NCBI GenBank assembly: GCA_051294375.1
Contig: JBJCIZ010000033.1
Location: 54,190 to 63,314 of the forward strand
DNA length: 9,125 bases
From: Paraspadella gotoi
Taxonomy: Eukaryota; Animalia; Chaetognatha
Reading direction: 5' to 3'
Each line of letters opens with the position of its first letter. The first letter of the stretch is position 1. The notes below the pieces were generated by a model, which ran no database searches, was not told the origin of the DNA, and saw only the letters and a list, made by a program, of their open reading frames with translations. Below are positions 1 to 7,993 of this stretch, piece by piece. The translations under genes were made by a program, and so were the position numbers.

Positions 1-172
1 TCTCTCTCTCTCTGTCCCCATTATTCTCTGACTGTTGTTGTGTTGTTTTTATTGGAACTGATTCCGACATCCGAAGGTCAAAGGTTCGAGTCCAATGTTT
101 TCTTCGACGTAGAAAACGACTTGGATTTCTTCCCTCACTCGTTCCAATTATGACCCCATCACGTTTTAAATC
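1..172 (-). CDS. Possible exon fragment (DLKRDGVIIGTSEGRNPSRFLRRRKHWTRTFDLRMSESVPIKTTQQQSENNGDRERE...), strand ambiguous
   Basis: After aaacAG| only the phase-0 frame is open to the window edge, and it joins in phase to a candidate exon ending CAG|GTTTGG at 361. A + frame (1-153) is also open, so support is weak. Confidence 0.25.
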
Positions 173-629
173 CTGTTTGCTTTCGCCGCACATTTTTTTT
201 TCTTTTCTTGAGCCTTTTTTTCCCCTAAACCAGATGCGTTTCTCTCATCGCGGTTTTTTTTTTATTTTCTGTATAAAATCTTTTTATCATAAATATGTTA
301 TGTTATGTAATACGTATTCAAAATTAGCACAACTAATTTTAAAAAAATAGACAACCAAACCTGGGAGAGCAGAGAATTGGATAAAGTCTTCAAACCCGTT
401 ACAAGAAAATGCCCTGTAGAGAAACTTTCAAGATTCTCCCACATTCTTGTTAATTGAAACTCAGGGTACATGGCTTTCTTAACAATGGAGTTGTGTTAAA
501 ACAATTAACTAATTTATTCCCCTGGATGTGCACTATCTACTTCTTTCTCAGAATATCAATTATTTTCCATTTCATTATACATGGTCTTTTTCTATATCTT
601 TTTTGCCCTCTTTTTTCAGAGTATCGTTT

Positions 630-653
630 CCTCTCTCTCTCTCTCTCTCTCTC
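630..653 (+). repeat. (CT)n running into an assembly gap
   Basis: Direct reading. Confidence 0.9.
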
Positions 654-804
654 NNNNNNNNNNNNNNNNNNNNNNNNNNNNNNNNNNNNNNNNNNNNNNN
701 NNNNNNNNNNNNNNNNNNNNNNNNNNNNNNNNNNNNNNNNNNNNNNNNNNNNNNNNNNNNNNNNNNNNNNNNNNNNNNNNNNNNNNNNNNNNNNNNNNNN
801 NNNN
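654..804. other. Assembly gap (N run)
   Basis: Ns flanked by CT repeats. Confidence 0.99.
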
Positions 805-1076
805 CCTCCCTCTCTCCGCTCCCAAGAGGGAGAGAGACCGTAATTGAATCCATTCTCATCGACGAATCCTTGAAAAATCTGTTGACGGCGAATTTAATGC
901 GCTGTATCGATTAATAGTAAATGTAATAAAAATTAATAGAAAATAAATAAGCAAATGAAAGAAAAATAACTACAAATTACTTATGTATGTAACAATACAT
1001 GTTCTAATAAGGTACTCAAAAGCACGGTTTAATAATTTTAAAAAAATTGTTGGGTTTTTCCCCAATTCTCTCTCTC

Positions 1077-1312
1077 NNNNNNNNNNNNNNNNNNNNNNNN
1101 NNNNNNNNNNNNNNNNNNNNNNNNNNNNNNNNNNNNNNNNNNNNNNNNNNNNNNNNNNNNNNNNNNNNNNNNNNNNNNNNNNNNNNNNNNNNNNNNNNNN
1201 NNNNNNNNNNNNNNNNNNNNNNNNNNNNNNNNNNNNNNNNNNNNNNNNNNNNNNNNNNNNNNNNNNNNNNNNNNNNNNNNNNNNNNNNNNNNNNNNNNNN
1301 NNNNNNNNNNNN
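1077..1312. other. Assembly gap (N run)
   Basis: Ns. Confidence 0.99.
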
Positions 1313-1327
1313 TTCAAAAATCATTAG

Positions 1328-1504
1328 CAAGGAGCTCCTCTTCTGCTCTTCCTCCTCCCCTGGGAAAAACAAGCCCGACTCCTCCTCCTCTTCATTGGTT
1401 CGGATCCCCCACCTCACGGCGACAACGACAACGACGACGACGACAACAACAACAATGACGACCAGAACCTCGATAATGACAATGATGAAGAAAGCAGAGA
1501 CGAA

Positions 1505-1576
<72 letters not shown>

Positions 1577-1693
1577 GAAGAAGTTAATTGTGATCGCACT
1601 GATGATAATGCCGACCACGATGACAACGATGACAACGATGACAAGGATGATGATAATGACAATGATGATAAGAAAGATAGTAACGTCCATTAA
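1328..1693 (+). other. Met-less open frame encoding an extremely Asp/Asn/Glu-rich peptide (possible terminal exon, or non-coding cryptic simple sequence)
   Basis: 121 codons between TAG (1325-1327, which could also be an acceptor cattag|) and TAA (1691-1693); 74 of the 90 codons from 1421 to 1690 are D/N/E. Confidence 0.3.
1505..1573 (+). repeat. (GAT)23 perfect microsatellite
   Basis: Direct count, 69 bp. Confidence 0.95.
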
Positions 1694-1743
1694 AGTGACG
1701 TGCAGCGAACTAGAACCGAAATCTTTTACTGTCATGGTTCTCT

Positions 1744-1778
1744 TCGTCGTCGTCGTCGTCGTCCTCGTCGTCGTCGTC
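1744..1778 (+). repeat. (TCG/GTC)n microsatellite
   Basis: Direct reading; one interruption (gtcctc). Confidence 0.9.
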
Positions 1779-1843
1779 TTCATTGCCACCTACCTCCAAT
1801 CACCAGCTCTTTGTACGCACAACCAACGCGAACCAGCAAACTA

Positions 1844-1944
1844 TCTCTCTCTCTCTCTCGTCGTCTCTCTCTCTTCTCTCTTTCTTTCTCTCTCTCCCCA
1901 CTCCCTCGTCTCTCTCCTCATCATCTCTCTCTCATCGTCTCTCA

Positions 1945-1975
<31 letters not shown>

Positions 1976-2153
1976 TTTTTTTTCTCTCTCTCTCCTCTTC
2001 TCTCTCTCTCCCTCTCTCCCTCTTTTCTCCTCTCTCTCTCTCCTATTTTTTTTCTCTCTCTCTTCTTCCTTTCTCTCTTCCTCTCCTTCCCCCTCCCTCT
2101 TTTTCTCTCGTCTCTCCTCTCTCTCCACTCTCCTTCAGATCTCTTCTATCTCT

Positions 2154-2189
<36 letters not shown>
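1844..2189 (+). repeat. CT-rich polypyrimidine tract / degenerate (CT)n
   Basis: Almost exclusively C/T, ending in a near-pure (CT)n run. Confidence 0.95.
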
Positions 2190-2191
<2 letters not shown>

Positions 2192-2612
2192 AGTTTCACG
2201 TGAATCTCGTCCGCGGTCGTCTCGCGCTCTCACTCGCAGCGCGTCTCCTTTCACAAACGACTCGACTCAACGAATTTTTGCGGCGAAAGAAAAAAATAAA
2301 AAGAAAAAAAAGTGAAGCAACAAACGATACGACGACGACAACAGAAAGATGACGAAGACGACGACGAATGAACGACGTCGTTGAAGAGGAGATGACGACG
2401 ACGACGACGACGATGACGACAATGACAGCGACGAATAAAACAAAGAGCATAATAATATAATAAATAATAATAATAATAATAATAATAAAATAATAATAAT
2501 AATAATAATAATAAAATAATAATAAATACATAATAATAATAAAAAAAAATAACATTTAAATATAGCATTTTATTATTTGATTTCATCATAAATTACTGCC
2601 GTATCATTTAAA
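2192..2612 (+). other. Putative non-coding 5' exon of the 3651 gene
   Basis: Starts at TCAGTT (2190-2195; arthropod-type initiator, or a ttcag acceptor after the CT tract), is CpG-rich over 2197-2290, and ends at a consensus donor AA|GTAAGT (2613-2618). The link to the 3651 ORF is inferred. Confidence 0.4.
2325..2542 (+). repeat. Compound microsatellite: degenerate (GAC)n followed by (AAT)n
   Basis: (GAC/GAT)n about 2325-2433; (AAT)n about 2449-2542. Confidence 0.9.
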
Positions 2613-3071
2613 GTAAGTAGACCAGGTTTTCAAAATAAAATCAGACAGTGGAATTTATTATTATCAGAAAATGACAAGAGAAACGTGTGTCATGTGATGG
2701 TATTATGATGGTATTATCAATATTTCAAGCTTTTCAAGTTTGCGACCTTGACATTTCTTCCGCTTCCTCTCTACGTCGGACTCCGTTGTGGTCTTCACTT
2801 GGGAATTCGTTTCTTCTCTCTCTCTCTCTCCATCTCTCTCCTCAGTCCTCTCTCTCATCTCTCCTCTCTCTCATCTTTCTCGTCTCTCCATCTCCTCTCT
2901 TCTCTCTCTCTCTCTCTCTCATCTCATCTCATCTCTCTCTACTCTCCTCTCTCTCTCTCTCTCTCTTTCTTTCTCTCTTTGTATCTTCCTTTTTCTCTTT
3001 CGCTCCATCTCTATCTCTTTCCCTTTCTATTCCACTCTTTAATTCATCAACTGACATCTTCTAACATTCAG
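2613..3071 (+). other. Putative 5'UTR intron
   Basis: GTAAGT at 2613; long pyrimidine tract about 2811-3040; branch-like CTGAC (3051-3055) and CTAAC (3061-3065); acceptor ttCAG| ending at 3071. Confidence 0.4.
2811..3040 (+). repeat. CT-rich polypyrimidine tract
   Basis: Degenerate (CT)n with CTCAT units. Confidence 0.9.
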
Positions 3072-3650
3072 GTTATTTCGCATTCATCACACGTGACTCG
3101 ATTCATTAGGTCTTGTCACGGTCTTCTCAAGGTTTGTCACGCTTTTGTCACGTTCATTCCATTTGTGTGAAAAATTTGTTGCGTATTGAAAGAAAAAAAT
3201 GGAATAACGAAAAAAAGGATTAAAACAAATAATCTAAATCAAAACAAGGAATAAAACAAAACAACAAAACATGAAAATAATGAAATAATGATACGAAAAA
3301 CTTTTGAAAATGTAACAAGAATTTGAACAAAATATCGGAATAAACGACTTCTATTAAAGGAAGAATAATAGAATGGAATAAAAAGGGAACTAAAACAAAA
3401 TATTTAAACAAAGATTTTTAATAAAACAAAAATTAGTACAAAAGATAGAGAATGAGAAAAAATAATCAGAAAACAAATACCGATTACTAAATCAAATGAT
3501 TCTTAAGTAAAAAGTATTGTAACTAAAGACTGAGGAAAAAAAAAGGATTAAAACAAAACGAGAACCAAAAACTTTAGCTAAACAAGGATTAGAACATTTG
3601 ACTGGAACTAAAAAAGATTAAAACAAAAGTGCAAGCAAAAAACAAACAAT

Positions 3651-4602
3651 ATGGAATCGTCGAATGGAGACGCGATCAATGAACGCAACTGCGACAACAA
3701 CAATAAAACAAACAACAACAACAACAACAGTTTAATCGCCAAAAAAGAAAAGGAAAAAATTAACAACAACAACAACAACAACAACAACAAAAATAACAAC
3801 AACAACAACAACAACAACAAGAAAAAAACAGATTTTGAAAACATAAACGATTGGAAAAAAGAAAAGCGTAAAAAGGAAGATGACGACGACAACGACGACG
3901 CCGACAACGACGACGCTGGTCGGATTAACGTCTCAAAGCCAAACGTCAGCAGACGTTACGTCACCTACTGCGCCAAGGATAATTTCGTTCGATGGCGTTA
4001 CGTCAACAACCGCGCCGAGGTTAACGACGCCTCCCGCCGTTACGTCAACAACTGCCCCAAAAATGACCCCGTATGTTGTCGTTGTGTCAACGATTACGCC
4101 AAAGAAAACTCCGCCAAAAACCTCGAACACGAATCTATAATTGACGCGATTGTGACGCGAGGACGTGAAATTGACGCCAAGGACGAAGTCGACGTAACCG
4201 TCGAAACTGGCGTTGAAAATGGCGTAACGTCAATCGTGGACGCAGACGGCGACAAATACCGGGTGACGGTTGACGTGAGAAACTGCGGCGGGGAGACGGC
4301 GTTCCAACGACGACGACGACGACGACGATTACGAAGACGACGACGAAATATGACGATTTTGTCGTCGTCATTTAGGATTTCAAGCGACGACGACGACGAC
4401 GCCGACGACGTTGCCACTTCGTCCCGGATTTACTCGCCTCTCCTGTCTACATTCGCGACGAACGCGAGAAAATCTACGACGAAAACGACGGCGATATTAA
4501 CGACGATATTAGCGACGATGGCGATGGTGGCGACGCCTTCCGTCGCTTATCTGAACTATCCGAGTTTCGAAGGAACGGTCGACTGCGTGCTGGCGCTGAA
4601 AG
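3651..4602 (+). CDS. First coding exon of an unidentified intron-containing gene; low-complexity N-terminus followed by a signal-peptide/signal-anchor-like segment (probable secreted or membrane protein)
   Basis: Seen: 317 open codons from an ATG in good context (aacaatATGG; A at -3, G at +4). The frame is kept across several trinucleotide tracts and across complex non-repetitive sequence. Composition switches abruptly to a purine minisatellite at AAG|GTGAGG (donor at 4603, phase 1), so the ORF-track tail GEEKVKEWGG* is probably intronic. Hydrophobic stretch TTAILTTILATMAMVATPSVA at 4485-4547. Family not recognised. Confidence 0.7.
3695..3820 (+). repeat. (AAC)n tracts encoding poly-Asn within the exon
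   Basis: Several in-frame AAC runs. Confidence 0.9.
3954..4121 (+). repeat. Coding tandem repeat, 4 diverged units of 42 bp (14 aa)
   Basis: Units start at 3954, 3996, 4038 and 4080 with CGTTACGTC (x3) and CGTTGTGTC: RYVTYCAKDNFVRW / RYVNNRAEVNDASR / RYVNNCPKNDPVCC / RCVNDYAKENSAKN. Confidence 0.85.
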
Positions 4603-5400
4603 GTGAGGAAAAGGTGAAGGAATGGGGGGGGTGAGAGAAGGAGAGGGAAGAGAGAGAGGAGTGGCGAAGGGAGGAGAGGGAGAGAAGGGAGGAGTGGCAA
4701 AGGAGGAGAGGGAGAGAAGGGAGAAGTGGCGAAGGAGGAGAGGGAGAGAGGGAGGAGTGGCGAAGGAAGGAGAGGAGAGAGAAGGAGGGCGAAGGAGGAG
4801 AGGAGAGAGGAGGAAGTGAGGGAGGAGTGGCGAAAGGGAGGAGAGGGAGAAGAGGGAGGAGTTGCGAGGGAGGAAGGGGAGAGGGGAAAAATGGACGAAG
4901 GGAGGAAGGAGGGGAGAGAGGGAGGATTGGCAAAAGGAAGTGAGCGCGAGGAGTGGCGAAGGGAGGAGAGGGAGGGGTGGTAAAGAAGAAGAGAAGAAGA
5001 AGAGGGGAGGCAGCTGGCGAAGGGGAAGGAGAGGGAGAGAGGGAGGAGTGGCCCGAAGGGCAAAGTGAGGGAGGAAGTGGCCCGAAGGGCGAGGAGAGGG
5101 AGAGAGGGAGGAAATGTGGCGAAAGAGAAAGGAGAAGAAGAGAGGGCAGGAGTGGGCGAAGGAAAAGAGGGAGGAAGGAGAAGAGGGGAGGAGTGGCAGA
5201 AGGAAGAGAGGGAGGAGTGGCAGGAGAACGACGGGAGAAGAGGGAGGAGTGGCAGACGAGGAGAGAAGGGACGGACGTGGCGATAGGGGAAGTGAGGCAG
5301 AAAGGAGTGGCGAGAGGGAGGGCAAAGGAGAGAGGGCGGGTTTAAGGGAGAGAAGGGGGAGGAGAAGAAGAAGAGGAAGACTTGAGGCAATGGCAAAATG
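4603..5400 (+). repeat. Purine-rich degenerate minisatellite (core GGGAGGAGTGGCGAAGG, period about 30-33 bp), probably intronic
   Basis: GTGGC cores at 4661, 4694, 4726, 4757 and so on, roughly 20 degenerate copies separated by G/A-only linkers; begins directly after the splice donor. Confidence 0.85.
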
Positions 5401-5429
5401 AAAAGAAGAAAAAAAAAAATCATGTATAT

Positions 5430-5861
5430 NNNNNNNNNNNNNNNNNNNNNNNNNNNNNNNNNNNNNNNNNNNNNNNNNNNNNNNNNNNNNNNNNNNNNNN
5501 NNNNNNNNNNNNNNNNNNNNNNNNNNNNNNNNNNNNNNNNNNNNNNNNNNNNNNNNNNNNNNNNNNNNNNNNNNNNNNNNNNNNNNNNNNNNNNNNNNNN
5601 NNNNNNNNNNNNNNNNNNNNNNNNNNNNNNNNNNNNNNNNNNNNNNNNNNNNNNNNNNNNNNNNNNNNNNNNNNNNNNNNNNNNNNNNNNNNNNNNNNNN
5701 NNNNNNNNNNNNNNNNNNNNNNNNNNNNNNNNNNNNNNNNNNNNNNNNNNNNNNNNNNNNNNNNNNNNNNNNNNNNNNNNNNNNNNNNNNNNNNNNNNNN
5801 NNNNNNNNNNNNNNNNNNNNNNNNNNNNNNNNNNNNNNNNNNNNNNNNNNNNNNNNNNNNN
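5430..5861. other. Assembly gap (N run)
   Basis: Ns. Confidence 0.99.
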
Positions 5862-6025
5862 AGTGAATATTAGGAATTGTTTATTGTTTGGTAAGGTCAT
5901 TTAAATCGCCAGTAGCACGATGTTGCAACCAGATTTGGAAGCTCAGCAACTGCCCTAAACCGTGAACTGCTTGTGTGCTGTTTCTTGAACTTCGATATAA
6001 ACGTCTAAAACAACAAGGAAAGCAA

Positions 6026-6064
6026 AAGGCGGGAAAGAAAACGGTGAAGGCGGGAAAATTTGAA
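6026..6064 (+). promoter_or_regulatory. Tandem E2F-type sites, the second with a CHR element (CDE/CHR, DREAM-type arrangement)
   Basis: AAGGCGGGAAA at 6026-6036 and 6047-6057; GGCGGG-AAAA-TTTGAA at 6049-6064 has the canonical 4-nt spacer. Motif match only. Confidence 0.4.
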
Positions 6065-6792
6065 AGGAAACGGAAGGAAAAAAAGATCTTCGCTCCATTT
6101 CTGAGAAATGCTTGACTCTTTGGCCTCGAAGGTCGAATCGATTCGGTGGAGGTCGAAAACCCACCACGAAATAGATGCAGCGACACAATTCGTTACTTAT
6201 AAAAATTGATATTTATAAAAAAATAACCAATTAAAGTTGAAGAAAGAAAAAAAAATTTCATAAAAGTCTGCTCATGGTATTTTAAAAAACAATATGGCAT
6301 TCTCAGATCGAATTATTAAGGGAGTGGTCGTTTTTATACAAAAGAAACGGGTTATAAATATTTATATGCTGTAATATCCTGTAAGATGGAAGGATGCCTT
6401 AACCGAACATACACTGTCCAAAGTCCAGCAGGCAAATTAGCTGGTTAATTGAAAGAATAAATAATTTATAAATAAAACATTATCGTACATACATACTGGG
6501 AAAAGACAGAGAAGGATAGCGTCTCGTTGCCAAGCGATGACGATACACAACTGTGGCTCCATCTGGACGCGGATTTCGGATTTCTGAGAAATCGTGTTGT
6601 TTGAAAAAGGAGGGTGAAGTTTTATGGCCTCCAATTTGGGGTCATCGACCCTTGAACGAGATTTCAGCCTCAGTTACTGGACAGACGGATAGATGGGCGG
6701 AGTCTCTGACAAATATCTGGCTGTTGTATAAAGGACATATGGATAAACAACATCGAAATGATTCCTTAACGCATGAAAGACAATTTGCCTAT

Positions 6793-6817
6793 NNNNNNNN
6801 NNNNNNNNNNNNNNNNN
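6793..6817. other. Assembly gap (25 N)
   Basis: Ns. Confidence 0.99.
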
Positions 6818-7945
6818 CAATGAAAAATAACGTGGCGAAACGGTCTCGTCTGATTTTGTCCCTTTAAAATTGTTTCTGAGCCAAATTAATTGATCATTAC
6901 TTTTGTAATATGTGCGATATAACTACTGGACATTACTGTCTGATACACTTGACATACAACAAAAAAGCTACTAGATCAAAAATAGTAAAAATATGAAGCA
7001 ATATAAGCTCGAAAATGCTACATAATTTTAGGACCATTGCTATAAATGCAAAAAAATATTATATATTATAAACACAAAACTTTAACGATAACCTAATAGT
7101 TACACGGACGATGAAATATTTTTTACCCATCATTTCCTTCACTTTATATGAATCATTTGTTTGTAATTAGTCAATTAATCTAAATAACAATATGACAAAT
7201 TCATTTTCCAATTTTCATTATGAATGGGAAGTTTTCTCTGGCTTACTCCTTTGTGTCTAATTATTTAATATTTTAAAGGTTTTTCGAAACGGCTTATATA
7301 ATACTACACATACATCCTATATCCATTCTATTTCAATTCTTCAACAAAAACAAACATCAGAAACATTTTATAATAAAAAAAATTGATTTTAATGTTTTGG
7401 AAAAAATATTTTGAAATTTGAGAATAATGATTAATAGATGAAAAAAATTTTGCAATTCTAAAAAAATAGCCTCTCGCTTTGATTAGTATTTTTATTTTTT
7501 GATATATTAGATTATATATATTATGCAAAACCATTATTCTCATGAGCATAGGTCGGATTATATATATTTACAATTTGAAAATTTTTATTTAATTAGGCTT
7601 TTTTGGGGGAAATAAAATAAATAAATATTATGATGGGTACATCTGAAAGAATAGGATTATTAGACAAAAAAATTTTTTCAAGTTTTAATTGAAATTTAAG
7701 TATTGTACCAATAGAAATAAGTGAGATACTCCCGCTTTGGCCGAAATTTTTATTTAACAAAGATTTGTACTGCATTAATTAAAAAAAATTATTTTTAAAA
7801 TAACTTTTGAAAAAAAAGAGGTAGCAAGGTGGATTGTGGTAATCCAAATTAAAGCCCTAATCATGGGCATCCCTTCTAAAAGAGTTTATTAACATTAAAT
7901 CCAGTAATTATTTAGCTTTTGTTTAACTCAGAGTTTCCAGTTTAC

Positions 7946-7993
7946 CTGCTTTTTATTCAATGAGGCATCATCGAATTCTTCTTTATTTTCTTG
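7946..7993 (-). CDS. Putative 48-bp internal exon (QENKEEFDDASLNKKQ) of an unidentified - strand gene
   Basis: Acceptor tctttccttttttcaaatAG|, 16 open codons in phase 0, donor CAG|GTAAAC. Confidence 0.4.

Noticed and set aside
61-100. tRNA/SINE from the B-box GGTTCGAGTCC (83-93)
   Set aside because: The T-stem pairs for only 2 bp, and I see no cloverleaf or convincing A-box.
454-1327. ORFs spanning the first two N-gaps
   Set aside because: Their length comes from Ns and CT repeats.
1016-2589. Long poly-Met, poly-Ile, Ser/Leu and poly-Tyr ORFs
   Set aside because: Stop-free translations of microsatellites in several overlapping frames.
2695-2716. 11-bp tandem duplication TGATGGTATTA x2 as a transposon target-site footprint
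   Set aside because: No associated element; ordinary slippage explains it.
2687-3170. Leu/Ser-rich + strand ORFs
   Set aside because: Translations of the CT tract in all three frames; better explained as intron.
4603-5400. CRISPR-like repeat/spacer periodicity
   Set aside because: Cores are short and degenerate, linkers are low-complexity G/A rather than unique spacers, there are no cas genes and the context is eukaryotic.
4474-5904. Pro/Ser/Leu-rich (-) and Glu/Arg/Gly-rich (+) ORFs
   Set aside because: Artefacts of the polypurine minisatellite and the N-gap.
5897-6201. + frame interrupted only by two TGA codons (selenoprotein or readthrough idea)
   Set aside because: No start or redox-motif context and no recognisable SECIS; it is the antisense shadow of the 5881-6186 - ORF, which is itself unrecognised.
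7328-7549. 73-aa - strand ORF
   Set aside because: F/I/K/N/Y-rich composition typical of chance ORFs in AT-rich non-coding DNA.
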